A DNA stretch of 64,000 nt from Bdellovibrionota bacterium FG-1 (GTDB lineage: Bacteria; Bdellovibrionota; UBA1018). The stretch is from positions 23,951 through 87,950 of the forward strand of contig JBBCAW010000018.1 in the NCBI GenBank assembly GCA_051382295.1. The letters run 5' to 3'. The notes under the pieces were generated by a model that searched no databases, was not told the origin of the DNA, and saw only the letters and a list, made by a program, of their open reading frames with translations. Shown piece after piece: positions 1 through 9,589 of the stretch. Position 1 is the stretch's first letter; every line of letters begins with the position of its first letter. The position numbers were made by a program, and so were the translations under genes.

Positions 1-729
1 CCAGGGATCATCTAGACTGATTGCCACAAAACCTGAGTTGGCGGCCACAGAGGTGAGGGCAAGTCCCTCTTCGCGAGCAACGGTGGGCAAATCGATGAGT
101 TTTTCTAGATGCTCTGGAGCGATGGCCGTTAAAATCGCATGGTTGGCGCCGACCAGAGCCATATGGTTTTCCATGGCTCCGATTTCGTCAATGCCCACTT
201 CAATGACCGCAGCGCCGTGGTGGGGCCGGATTTCAAGTAGGGTCATTGGAATTCCCACATAGCCGTTTTGGCTGCCCTCGGTTTTGAGAACCTCCGGCCA
301 ACGGCCGTGGAGGATGGCCGAAAGTATTTCTTTTGTCGTGGTTTTTCCTACGCTTCCCGCGACCGCTATGACTGGAATCGCAAATTCGCGTCGCCATGCG
401 GCTGCGAGTTTGCGGTAAGCAGCAAGCGTGTCATCTACAGCAAAGACCGAAACATGTTTTTTGGGAGGAACCGCAAATCCCTTTTTGCACAAAACGCCTT
501 GTGCCCCTTTTTCAAGGGCCGAAGCAATAAATTCGTGACCGTCGTATTTTTCGCCCTGGAGCGCTACAAAAAGGCAGCCGGGCTCGATTTTGCGAGAGTC
601 CGTGACGACCCGAGTAAAGGGAGTCGCCGCAGGGTGAACAGCTCGCTGGGCCATTCCAAAAAATCCGAGCTTTTCATAGACGAACTGAGGGGTGAGGGTG
701 GGCTGGCCTTCAAGGGGTTCAATGATCAT
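1..729 (-). CDS. murF: UDP-N-acetylmuramoyl-tripeptide--D-Ala-D-Ala ligase (5' part; runs off the window start)
   Basis: Not in the ORF track because it is open at the edge. Manual translation of the minus strand from ATG 729 gives MIIEPLEG...RVVTDSRKIEPGCLFVALQGEKYDGHEF...VIAVAGSVGKTTTKE...KTEGSQNGYVGIPMTLL...AVIEVG...EHLE, which are MurF motifs. SD-like AGGGAAG lies upstream. Confidence 0.85.
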   Translation of the reverse strand, partial: MIIEPLEGQPTLTPQFVYEKLGFFGMAQRAVHPAATPFTRVVTDSRKIEPGCLFVALQGEKYDGHEFIASALEKGAQGVLCKKGFAVPPKKHVSVFAVDDTLAAYRKLAAAWRREFAIPVIAVAGSVGKTTTKEILSAILHGRWPEVLKTEGSQNGYVGIPMTLLEIRPHHGAAVIEVGIDEIGAMENHMALVGANHAILTAIAPEHLEKLIDLPTVAREEGLALTSVAANSGFVAISLDDPW

Positions 730-774
730 ATCTTCCCTAGAATGCCATAGAGTGCGGGCCGGGGTATAGCTCTT

Positions 775-3201
775 TCATCGTGGTTTCCGTAACATCAGAT
801 ACGCGGGCAGCGCGACTAGTGCCGCGGTGACACAAGTGAGTTCGCCCGCGACGGCGAGGGTGCCGAAACTGACAAAACCCTGATTGCTCGCCAGGAGGAG
901 TGACATATAGCCCGTCATCGTCGTAAAGCTGCAAAGGGCAACCGCGCCTCCGGTGGTTCGGATCACGGGAAGGATTCCGCCGCCTTTTTCTTCACGATAG
1001 CGCTGAAAAATATTCACCCCGTAGTCCACGCCAATTCCAAACGTGATTGGCAGCGCGATAAAATTCAAAAAATTAATCTTAAACCCAAAACCCAAGATGA
1101 GGCCTGCGAGCCACAGCACCCCCAAAATGAGCGCAAAAAGAGTGAGGGCAATCGATTGGAGGTTTCGAAATAGGAAGATCACGAGGATCACCACGGCCAG
1201 GAACGCAAAAAGCGTGGCCCGTGGTCCGTCATGGGCCACCGACTCAATCATATCCGAGGTGATAGCTAGCATGCCGGCGACAGCAGTGCCCGGGCGGACC
1301 GAGTCGGCGCGCTCCCGGAGATCGTGGATTAATTTGATGATGTTTTCGCCTTCCCACGTTTCATGAGTGAGGGGGGGCTCGACGAGAACGAGTTTGCCGA
1401 TGGTGCCGTCTTTTTCAGTAAATTTGGCCAAGACTAAGGCCGGCAGTTCCGTGATTCGAATGGGGGTCAGAGAGGCATCCGTTAGAAATTCGGTCACGCG
1501 TTTTTGGTCTTCATCCGAGAGCCGTCGGACCATTTTTGGGGATAAAATTTTGCGGATTTCCTTGAGGACCTTAATTTTCTCAAACTGGTCTTTGGGGATG
1601 AAATCGTCCATCGTCTGGATCGAGGCAAAAAGACTGCGCTCTCCTTCTTGGGCTTTTCGGAGTCGGAGCGCAGCGGCGATTCGCGGGGTGTCCTCACGGG
1701 ATTTTGGAAGCACCACGAGCGGAGAGAGGTAACGCTGAAAAATATCATCCAAATAGTGGGAGAAATAAACCGAACCGCTTTCCATGCTGTGTTTGTTGCG
1801 CAGGCGGCTCAGATCGGTTTCAAGAATCTTGGGCGTGTAACGGGTGAACATTGCCAACGAGATAATCGTCAAAACAAATGAAACGGCCCAAATGAAGCGG
1901 GACCTTTTTTGAATCAAGCGAGCCAAGGCATTGGCAAAAATGGCTTTGGGGGGTTTGGTTCCTTTTTTGACCAGGGGATAGATTTTGTCTGCCAACGTGA
2001 GGTAGGCCGGCAAGAGTGTAAAGGCACTCACCCAACAGAGGATCATGCCGATCAAGCCAATGATCCCAAATTGCCTGAAGCCTCGAAAGCTTGTGAGAAT
2101 CAGCGAGCCGTAGGAAAGGGCCGCTGCCAAGGCTGCCGTCCAGGTCGAGGTGGCGGTGTGGATCATTGCGGTACGAATAGCGCGGGTGTTTTGGTGACCC
2201 AGGCGGCGTTCTTCAAGGTAACGAGCCAGAAAAATAATCCCAAAGTTGATGCCATTGCCAATGACGATGGAGCCCATAAATGCCGAGTTGGCATTGAGGT
2301 AGCCCACCAAAAAATAGGACACGCCAAAGGTCCAAAAGGTGCCCATGAACAGGCTCGTGAGGAGAGCGCCCACGGCTCGAAAATTTCTAAAAAACAGCCA
2401 CATTCCCAAGCTGACTAGGATGGTCACGATCACCGTCGATAGTGCGAGGTCTTCAATGAGTGCGGCGTGTTCTTCGATCTGGTCTTGTACGCCCCCTGTG
2501 TAGTGGACTTCGAGATCCGGGGTGTAAGAGCTTGGGTTCAATTGTGAGACCGATTTTTCCACTGCGGCCTTGAGTGCGAGCGACTCATCCATTCCACCGC
2601 CGCCGGGTTTATAAACCAGGATGACGCGCTTGGTGCCATCGGGGGTGGCGTAATAACCTCCCGGAAATCGGGAATAGGCGGAGGTTGTGTGGTCATATTT
2701 TTGGCGTAGAGCCTTGAAGTCAAGTTTGGGTTCCGCGATTTCTTCGTTACTGAAGATGTTGAGAGGATTGTAAAGCTGACGTTCGAATTCGATTCGGTTT
2801 TGAATATAGTCCCGAACCTTGATTAGGTCCGAAAGATCCATGTAAAGGGCCTCACGTTCCTTGAAGAATTGAACTTCTTGATCTATCTTATATTCGACGC
2901 TCGAGATGAGGGTCTTGGGATGGCTCGAAAGTTTTTGCGCCAAATCCTTGACGAAGCGTTTGCTCGCTTCTGGGTGTTTCGAAAAGACCAAGATGCCCAG
3001 GCTGTCGATGGACTCCAGTCGATGAGAGACCTCGTTGAGGTCGATGACGCTTCGAGCAGTCGTGGGCAGGAGTTCTTCGAAATCCGTGCGCAAGTTTTTG
3101 AAGAGCTGGACGGAGTAGTAGCTGCCGATCCCGGCGAGCAAGGTGCCCAGAAGCGCTACGATTCCTGCACGACGCAAAATAAATCGAACGAAGGATTGCA
3201 A
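775..3201 (-). CDS. MMPL/RND-family membrane transporter
   Basis: 808 aa with two repeats of TM, large periplasmic loop and 5 TM; motifs GNGINFGI and GIGVDYGV. TTG start. Confidence 0.85.
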   Translation of the reverse strand: MQSFVRFILRRAGIVALLGTLLAGIGSYYSVQLFKNLRTDFEELLPTTARSVIDLNEVSHRLESIDSLGILVFSKHPEASKRFVKDLAQKLSSHPKTLISSVEYKIDQEVQFFKEREALYMDLSDLIKVRDYIQNRIEFERQLYNPLNIFSNEEIAEPKLDFKALRQKYDHTTSAYSRFPGGYYATPDGTKRVILVYKPGGGGMDESLALKAAVEKSVSQLNPSSYTPDLEVHYTGGVQDQIEEHAALIEDLALSTVIVTILVSLGMWLFFRNFRAVGALLTSLFMGTFWTFGVSYFLVGYLNANSAFMGSIVIGNGINFGIIFLARYLEERRLGHQNTRAIRTAMIHTATSTWTAALAAALSYGSLILTSFRGFRQFGIIGLIGMILCWVSAFTLLPAYLTLADKIYPLVKKGTKPPKAIFANALARLIQKRSRFIWAVSFVLTIISLAMFTRYTPKILETDLSRLRNKHSMESGSVYFSHYLDDIFQRYLSPLVVLPKSREDTPRIAAALRLRKAQEGERSLFASIQTMDDFIPKDQFEKIKVLKEIRKILSPKMVRRLSDEDQKRVTEFLTDASLTPIRITELPALVLAKFTEKDGTIGKLVLVEPPLTHETWEGENIIKLIHDLRERADSVRPGTAVAGMLAITSDMIESVAHDGPRATLFAFLAVVILVIFLFRNLQSIALTLFALILGVLWLAGLILGFGFKINFLNFIALPITFGIGVDYGVNIFQRYREEKGGGILPVIRTTGGAVALCSFTTMTGYMSLLLASNQGFVSFGTLAVAGELTCVTAALVALPAYLMLRKPR

Positions 3202-3251
3202 AGGTCGGTCCTTCCTTGTTTTTCTACAGTTTATGGTCTTAACTAGTCTTA

Positions 3252-4037
3252 GTGATGCAGCTCGGTGAACTTCTCAAGTCTTTTATCATCACTCTGGGTG
3301 AATTTACCCTCTTTGTTTTTGAAACTCTGAGGTCAGGGCGGCGGATTTGGCGTCGTCGGGGACTTTTTCTCAAACAGTGCGAGTTTATTGGGGTGGGTTC
3401 GTTAGGGGTGAATGCGGTAGCCGCCACTTTTATGGGTGGGGTTTTGGGCTACCAGCTTTATTCCTCTTTTCATTACTTTGGCGCGGAAGCGCTTTTGGGT
3501 GGAAGTATCGGGGTATCGTTGTTTCGGGAATTGGCTCCCGTGCTCTGTGCGGTCATGGTGACCGGGCGAGCGGGGGCTGCCATGGCGGCTGAAATCGCGA
3601 GTATGCGGATTTCGGAACAAATCGACGCTCTCGAAGTGATGGCCATTGACCCGATTGAATACCTGGTGGTGCCCCGGGTTTTGGCGGGAGTGATGGTGAT
3701 GCCGTTGCTGGCCGTGTTTTTTACCGCCGTCGCTTCTGTTTCGGGATCCTTGGTGGCTTGTGGGGTCATGGGACTCGATCAGTCGGTTTATTGGGATCAA
3801 TACGCCAAGGTTGTCGATTCGATTGATATTATCCACTGCGTGACCAAGGGTGCTGTTTTTGGTCTGGTGTTGACTTGGGTAGCTTGTTTTTGTGGTTTTA
3901 GGGCCGAGGGTGGCGCGAGTGCAGTGGGCTCGGCTACCCGTACGACGGTCGTGTCTACTTTTTTAACCGTACTTTTTAGTGATTACGTCTTAACCTCTCT
4001 TCTCCCGTTTGGCTTTGCCAAGCTCAAGGTGCTTTGA
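3252..4037 (+). CDS. mlaE: Mla-type ABC lipid transporter permease
   Basis: RELAPVL...GRAGAAMAAEIASMRISEQIDALEVMAIDPIEYLVVPR and GGASAVGSATRTTVV are MlaE signatures. Confidence 0.92.
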   Translation: MMQLGELLKSFIITLGEFTLFVFETLRSGRRIWRRRGLFLKQCEFIGVGSLGVNAVAATFMGGVLGYQLYSSFHYFGAEALLGGSIGVSLFRELAPVLCAVMVTGRAGAAMAAEIASMRISEQIDALEVMAIDPIEYLVVPRVLAGVMVMPLLAVFFTAVASVSGSLVACGVMGLDQSVYWDQYAKVVDSIDIIHCVTKGAVFGLVLTWVACFCGFRAEGGASAVGSATRTTVVSTFLTVLFSDYVLTSLLPFGFAKLKVL

Positions 4038-5528
4038 ATGAATCAGTCCACGGAAGCGACGCTCGCCACGAAGTCAAAAGTTGGTTTTTTTGCCTTCATG
4101 GGGCTAGTTTTGATCTGCGCCATGACGGTGTTTGTAAATGATAAGCCTTTTTGGTGGCGATCCTGCCAGTTGGTGCATATCAATATTGAAGACGGTACGG
4201 GACTGAAGTCCAAATCCCCCGTCAAATCTCTCGGGATTGAAATCGGGTACCTCAAAACGGTCGATCTCAGTGAGACGCATGTGGATTTGGGGATCTGCAT
4301 CACCGCCCCCGTGGAGGTTTTGTCTTCCACGCGCGCCTATATTCGGTCAGAGGGGTTTTTGGGCGATAAGTTTGTGGAGCTCAAACCGGTTAAGTATACG
4401 GGGCCTCGGTCTGCGGTTGTCTCCCCTCACGAAGAAAAGCACGCGCAGCTGCAAAGAGTTTGGGATGGTTTAATTCCCCCTGTTTATGCTGAGTCGGAGC
4501 CGTCTGCGACTCCTTCTGCGGTAGTTCCTGCGTCGATACCTAAGCGTCCGAATCCTGAGGATCAGACCGAAGGTCGTCAGATTCCGGTGGGGGAGCAAAC
4601 GCAGGATATTCAACATTTGGTTCATCGCGTCGATACTCTGGTTAACGAGATGACCAATCTCACAACGAATATACGTTCGGCGATCAACCCCGATGATCTG
4701 CGGTCGACCATGAAGCAGTTGAACAAAACCCTCGAAAACGCGTCACGTACGTTGTCTCCCGAGGGGGGACTCAATCAGACGGCCCAGAGAACTCTAGCCA
4801 AACTCGAAGACGCCATTGAGCAACTCAGGGATCAACTCACGCGAACAAATAAGGGTGAGGGATCGGTGGGGATGTTGCTGAACGACCCCTCTTATGCCGA
4901 AGAAATCAGGGAAGCGATTCGCAACGTCAATCATCTTCTTTCCAAGGTCAGCGGAGTTCGATTTGCAGTGAATTTAGGGGCTGAGCAAATCAATGCCTAT
5001 AGCGGCGGACGGGGGTTTTTTCAGCTTCAGATTTACCCCAATCCTTCACGTTATTATTTGCTAGGGATTTCAATCGATCCGCGCGGTAAGGTGACTTCTC
5101 TGGCCACCACGACTTCGGCGGGCGGGTTGCTAACGCAGGTCGATACTCGTCAAGTCGAAGGTTCTGGGCTTTTGTTTACCGCGATGTTTGGTAAAATTTT
5201 TTTGGAACGTTTGGATTTATCGGTCGGAGCCCTCAATAACGATGGGACGATCTCAACGGCTGTGAAGTTTGGACCTCACGGGCGCGAGGATTTGCTGATT
5301 TTTCGCAATGATCTCTATACGCGCGGTTCTGGTCTAGGGATGGATGATCGGGTGTCGTTGATTACTCAACCTTGGATTGGAAGCGGAAACCCTTGGTCCA
5401 CACTCTACTTTAAGGCCGGCATTGAGGGCATGAAGGGTGTGCCGAACAACGGCTTGATTCCGTGTTTTTATGGGGCTGGTGTGACCTTTGACGACGAAGA
5501 TATTAAGATTCTCTTCACGCTTCGCTAA
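4038..5528 (+). CDS. mlaD: MCE/MlaD protein with helical linker and C-terminal beta-strand-rich domain
   Basis: N-terminal TM, MCE domain (GLKSKSPVKSLGIEIG...EGFLGDKFVEL), coiled coil, GEGSVGMLLND, then alternating beta strands ending GAGVTFDDEDIK. Abuts mlaE. Confidence 0.85.
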   Translation: MNQSTEATLATKSKVGFFAFMGLVLICAMTVFVNDKPFWWRSCQLVHINIEDGTGLKSKSPVKSLGIEIGYLKTVDLSETHVDLGICITAPVEVLSSTRAYIRSEGFLGDKFVELKPVKYTGPRSAVVSPHEEKHAQLQRVWDGLIPPVYAESEPSATPSAVVPASIPKRPNPEDQTEGRQIPVGEQTQDIQHLVHRVDTLVNEMTNLTTNIRSAINPDDLRSTMKQLNKTLENASRTLSPEGGLNQTAQRTLAKLEDAIEQLRDQLTRTNKGEGSVGMLLNDPSYAEEIREAIRNVNHLLSKVSGVRFAVNLGAEQINAYSGGRGFFQLQIYPNPSRYYLLGISIDPRGKVTSLATTTSAGGLLTQVDTRQVEGSGLLFTAMFGKIFLERLDLSVGALNNDGTISTAVKFGPHGREDLLIFRNDLYTRGSGLGMDDRVSLITQPWIGSGNPWSTLYFKAGIEGMKGVPNNGLIPCFYGAGVTFDDEDIKILFTLR

Positions 5529-5869
5529 CGAGGACTCGTTTCATTTAAAAACGCGTGTAATGCCTCGATTTCCGCCTTGAGATGCGGAAGGGGCTGCATC
5601 ACCTGAGTAACGCGTTTGGGCTGATATCCCGGCGGATACTGACCGGACATCACGCGATTTCGAATTAATTCCAGTGAAGATCCCCAGATATCTGGACCGA
5701 GGGCTCCGGCTTGGTGCGGATCGCGATTGTGGCAGGCGGTGCAGTTCGTGAGATAAACCGTGCGGCCCCGTTCGGTTAACGCTTGTTGGGGTAAAAGAGC
5801 GGTCGAGGGCACCTTTTTGGAGGTGCACCCCGAAACCGCCATAATCAGGATAAAAAGCCAGTTTTTCAT
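5525..5869 (-). CDS. Small monoheme c-type cytochrome, probable lipoprotein
   Basis: Lipobox-like AVSGC, heme motif CTACH, candidate axial Met in VMQPL. ATGA overlap with the upstream puuD-like gene. Confidence 0.85.
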   Translation of the reverse strand: MKNWLFILIMAVSGCTSKKVPSTALLPQQALTERGRTVYLTNCTACHNRDPHQAGALGPDIWGSSLELIRNRVMSGQYPPGYQPKRVTQVMQPLPHLKAEIEALHAFLNETSPR

Positions 5870-6570
5870 TTTGTCAAAACTTCAACCAGACCGTAGGTCA
5901 GCACTGTGAGCAAAAAGCCCATATGGATGACCCCACCGACTTTGGTCAGAGGTCCGAGCTTGCCTTTCAGGGCGTTGAGTTCAAGCAGGCCAATCACGAC
6001 GAGCACGGCGATTGCCACGTTCATTAAATGAGCGGTTTCGCCGATATGGATCGGAAGGTGGCTGGCGGCGCCCATGAAAAACAACATCGGGATCGAGAAT
6101 AGGACGTTGGTTCGCGAAGCTAAAAGTGCGCGTGCGCCGCAGGCCGGAGCTTCAGGAAGAGCGGTGCCGCCTGAGGCTACTTGCGCGGCCGAACGAATCA
6201 CCACTTTTTGGTTGGGCCAAATGATGAACCAGACGTTGGCCCACATCGTGAGGCCAAAGGCGGCACCGGTCAGAATTGCGATGCCCCAAGGCGTTGCATA
6301 AATGGCATGGCCATCGAGGTGGCCACGAATACCTAGATAGAGGACGCCCGTGATCATGGTAAACATCGCACCCCATCGAAACCAGGCGAGTGCTCGGGGC
6401 AAAAGCTTTTGAATGACCATAGATTTGGTGGGGCCGTCCGCTTCGGCCATGAAAGCGCCTTGGACAAAATTAAAATAATAAAGCAGGCCGATCCAGACGA
6501 TTCCAAAAAACAAATGGAACCAGCGAAACAGGAAAGTAACTCCATCCATGCTAAAAAGTGCGATATCCAT
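5866..6570 (-). CDS. puuD: Urate hydroxylase PuuD-like membrane protein (Urate_ox_N domain only)
   Basis: RWFHLFFGIVWIGLLYYFNFVQ, WFRWGA, NVWFIIWPNQKVV and SRTNVLFSIPMLFFMGAASH match the PuuD/Urate_ox_N family. Confidence 0.75.
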   Translation of the reverse strand: MDIALFSMDGVTFLFRWFHLFFGIVWIGLLYYFNFVQGAFMAEADGPTKSMVIQKLLPRALAWFRWGAMFTMITGVLYLGIRGHLDGHAIYATPWGIAILTGAAFGLTMWANVWFIIWPNQKVVIRSAAQVASGGTALPEAPACGARALLASRTNVLFSIPMLFFMGAASHLPIHIGETAHLMNVAIAVLVVIGLLELNALKGKLGPLTKVGGVIHMGFLLTVLTYGLVEVLTK

Positions 6571-6696
6571 GATTACCCCATAAAATGTTGTTAAGTTTCT
6601 TCAGCTTATAGCACATGTTTACTCTGAGTCACGGGTATAATTTCTGATTGCTAATTGTTGACTTAATTGGTAAACTATTAGGGATCGGAGTGTCCT

Positions 6697-6996
6697 ATGC
6701 CAAAAACTTTGTTTCGCTTTGCGTGGTTGTTGCCAATGCTTCTGGCGCTGGGAAGTGATCTGGCATTAGCAAAAGCCAGTGATTCTGCAGCTCCTTCACC
6801 AAAGGACGCAGGGCTTTCTATTATTTCTTCTGCCAAGTTGAAGAGTCGGGTTGCTCAACCCGGGCGGTCCCCATCCAGCATGTTGGGGGCTCCTGATCGA
6901 GTCCAGACTCGAGCGACCCAGGTAGGCCCCTTGAGAATTGAACCGAATACGGTTCCCCAGTCGTTTCGAGGTGCTTTGTCCGTCTATCCTCAGTGA
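6697..6996 (+). CDS. Small secreted hypothetical protein
   Basis: Signal peptide ending ALA; SD GGAG; upstream TTGCTA-17-TAAACT promoter candidate (6648-6676). Confidence 0.5.
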   Translation: MPKTLFRFAWLLPMLLALGSDLALAKASDSAAPSPKDAGLSIISSAKLKSRVAQPGRSPSSMLGAPDRVQTRATQVGPLRIEPNTVPQSFRGALSVYPQ

Positions 6997-7053
6997 GTCT
7001 TCTTTCATTTTCGTCTTGGTTGCTTGCTGTGCGTCGTGATAGCTCGGTTGGCA

Positions 7054-7728
7054 ATGCTAAGCTTTCAATTATTGATCAAGAGTGTGGTGTTCGTAGGTCT
7101 GTTGGGTGCAATCCAGGTGGCCAGGGCTGACGGCGGGCTCCCTTCGGATTTTGGCCCCATTTCGATCGATTCCTCCCGTCGTGAGCTTCAGAGTCGCATG
7201 ATCGATTGGCAGGATGACCTCAAGGTGATCCAGACTCGGCGGGTTTTGGCCTGTACGATGGCCGGCGTCGAGGGCACTTTGGCCATGGGGCTCGGTAATG
7301 CTGTTCTTGCGGTGGAACTGCTCAAAAATCTGCCTCAATACTTGGGGTCCCTTCCTGATCCCATGGGCCCCGCGGCGCCCTTGAGTATTCCGTTGGCGGT
7401 ATTGGCAGAGCATGTTCGTCTCACCGCAGATGAGGCCTCGGAGCTGGAGAGACTTCGAAACCGTGAGGTGATGGATGATTCTGATCGTATTCGACTCATC
7501 ATCGACACCGAAGCTTGTTTGATGGGCATTTCGAAACGCCTGTATCAGGATCAGATCGACTTTCATTTTGCGCGTACGGAAGGCGTCGTGAATGTATTCA
7601 GAGCTGATGCTGAGTATTGTGCCGCGTTTTCGATTCGAGCCGAACGAGATCGCACGCTGACTCAAGCGGCGAACCGGATTTTGGCCTTTTATGATGAATT
7701 AGAGCGTCAATTAGCGGCGGATGAATAG
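7054..7728 (+). CDS. Secreted hypothetical protein
   Basis: ATG 7054 gives a signal peptide ending VARA; helical mature part; lies directly upstream of hisS on the same strand. Confidence 0.6.
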   Translation: MLSFQLLIKSVVFVGLLGAIQVARADGGLPSDFGPISIDSSRRELQSRMIDWQDDLKVIQTRRVLACTMAGVEGTLAMGLGNAVLAVELLKNLPQYLGSLPDPMGPAAPLSIPLAVLAEHVRLTADEASELERLRNREVMDDSDRIRLIIDTEACLMGISKRLYQDQIDFHFARTEGVVNVFRADAEYCAAFSIRAERDRTLTQAANRILAFYDELERQLAADE

Positions 7729-7737
7729 GGGTTTGAT

Positions 7738-9027
7738 ATGACTCAGCTTTCGACTCAACCCTACAAGGGAACTCGTGATTTTTACCCTGAAGACATGCGG
7801 ATTCGGCAGTGGATGTTTAACAAGCTGCGCGAGGTCGTGGGCCGTTACGGTTATCAGGAATACGATGGTCCGATGCTCGAACCCTTTGACTTGTATGCGG
7901 CCAAGACGGGCGAGGAAATCGTCAATCAACAGCTTTATTGGCTGATGGACCGCGGAGATCGCAAGCTAGCGGTGCGTCCCGAGATGACACCGACTTTGGC
8001 GCGAATGGTGGCTGCCAAAGTCCATGAGCTTTCCAAGCCTGTCCGATGGTATTCGATTCCCAATTTGTGGCGGTATGAGCGGCCGCAGCGGGGACGGTTG
8101 CGTGAGCATTGGCAGCTCAACGTCGATGTTTTGGGTGGAGATCCGCTCATGGCGGATGCTGAAATCTTGACCGTAGCGCTCGATTTGATGCGGGGTTTTG
8201 GCGGAGAAAAACATATTTCCATCAAGGTTAATAACCGTCGTTTGATGGATCACTTTTTTAAGGACATCCTCGCGCTTTCGGCCGAAGTTGCGCTTGCCAC
8301 CACTAAAGCGCTGGATGCGCGCGCCAAAATTGGTGAGCCCGCTTATGTGAAATGGCTGGAGGATTTGGGCGTGAATCCTGGGCAACGTGAAAAAATGGAA
8401 AGATTTTTTCTGGCGTCTTTTGATGAAGTGGCTCGGGACTATCCTTGCCGGGGGACCGAGGAGTTGGCTGAATTATTTCGGATGATGAAAGAATCCGGTG
8501 CCGGCGAACAAGTGAGTTTTGATGCGACTGTTCTGCGCGGGATGGATTATTACACGGGCACCGTTTTTGAAATTTATGATGTTTCGCCCGAAAATCGGCG
8601 GGCCTTGTTTGGGGGCGGTCGATATGATGATCTGCTCGGTCTTTTCGGAAAAACCAAATTGCCCGGAGTGGGCTTTGGAATGGGCGACGTTGGATTGCAA
8701 AATTTTCTAGAGGTTCACGGACTGCTTCCCCAGTTTCCCGCCACGATTGACGTTTTTGTGAGTCTTCCCCAAGTGGAGCTTCGGGCGCACGCCGAAAGGA
8801 TCGCTCGTGAGTTGCGAAGCCACGGTTTGCGTGTGATCACGCCGCTCGAAGTCGGTGGCTTTGGTGCTCAGCTGAAACTGGCTTCGAAGCAGGGGGCTCG
8901 GTTTGCTATACTTTTTGGCGAGTCTGAGTTGGCTGAGGGAAAGGTTCTTGTCAAGGATCTGCTCAAAGGTGAGCAGGCCGCAGTGGCAATCGCGGCGGTG
9001 ACTCAATATGTTCAAGATCAGATTTGA
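7738..9027 (+). CDS. hisS: Histidine--tRNA ligase
   Basis: KGTRDFYP, RPEMTP, WRYERPQRGRLREHWQ, RGMDYYTG, GGGRYDDL. Confidence 0.97.
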   Translation: MTQLSTQPYKGTRDFYPEDMRIRQWMFNKLREVVGRYGYQEYDGPMLEPFDLYAAKTGEEIVNQQLYWLMDRGDRKLAVRPEMTPTLARMVAAKVHELSKPVRWYSIPNLWRYERPQRGRLREHWQLNVDVLGGDPLMADAEILTVALDLMRGFGGEKHISIKVNNRRLMDHFFKDILALSAEVALATTKALDARAKIGEPAYVKWLEDLGVNPGQREKMERFFLASFDEVARDYPCRGTEELAELFRMMKESGAGEQVSFDATVLRGMDYYTGTVFEIYDVSPENRRALFGGGRYDDLLGLFGKTKLPGVGFGMGDVGLQNFLEVHGLLPQFPATIDVFVSLPQVELRAHAERIARELRSHGLRVITPLEVGGFGAQLKLASKQGARFAILFGESELAEGKVLVKDLLKGEQAAVAIAAVTQYVQDQI

Positions 9028-9036
9028 GGTGGCACT

Positions 9037-9456
9037 TTGCTCGAAATTTTGAAGCTTTCCCCTGATGCTGTGTGTCCTAATCGTGCTCATCCTGACGATG
9101 CTGGTCTGGATCTTTATGGAATTGAAGAGATCATTTTGTCACCAGGTCAGGGCAAAGTGGCACGCACTGGGATCGCAATAGCACTAGCTGGTGGTTATGT
9201 GGGTCTGGTTTCCGATCGTTCTTCTTTAGCAAAAAAGGGAATCAAGACGGCAGGAGGCGTGATTGACGCTGGGTATCGAGGTGAGTTGCAAATTGTTTTG
9301 TGGAATCTTTCGGGTGAGACAGTTCGTTTGTGCGCGGGTGAACGCATTGCGCAACTGCTGATCATGCCGATTGTAACTCCGCAGGCTTACGAGGTTTCGA
9401 GCTTTGAAGCTGCCACTGAACGGGGTGATAGGGGATTTGGAAGTTCCGGCAAATAA
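9037..9456 (+). CDS. dut: dUTP diphosphatase
   Basis: DAGLDL, RSSLA, GVIDAGYRGE, ERIAQL, RGDRGFGSSG. Confidence 0.95.
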   Translation: MLEILKLSPDAVCPNRAHPDDAGLDLYGIEEIILSPGQGKVARTGIAIALAGGYVGLVSDRSSLAKKGIKTAGGVIDAGYRGELQIVLWNLSGETVRLCAGERIAQLLIMPIVTPQAYEVSSFEAATERGDRGFGSSGK

Positions 9457-9473
9457 GGATAGGGAGTGGGGGC

Positions 9474-9519
9474 GAAAAAATGTGGCCCGAAGGGCGAACC
9501 TGTTAAACCTCCGGGCCAC
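9474..9519 (-). terminator. Probable intrinsic terminator on the minus strand
   Basis: Minus-strand RNA folds into a 12-bp stem (GUGGCCCGGAGG / CCUUCGGGCCAC, one G-U pair) followed by AUUUUUU. Confidence 0.55.
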
Positions 9520-9589
9520 GGTGAGGAGCCCAGCTCCACACAGAAGCCCACTAATGCATCTAGTGTGCCTAAGCACAGTGTTGAGAAAA

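Noticed and set aside
38..750. Plus-strand ORFs 38-262 and 268-750
   Set aside because: Antisense shadows of murF, which has clear motifs on the minus strand.
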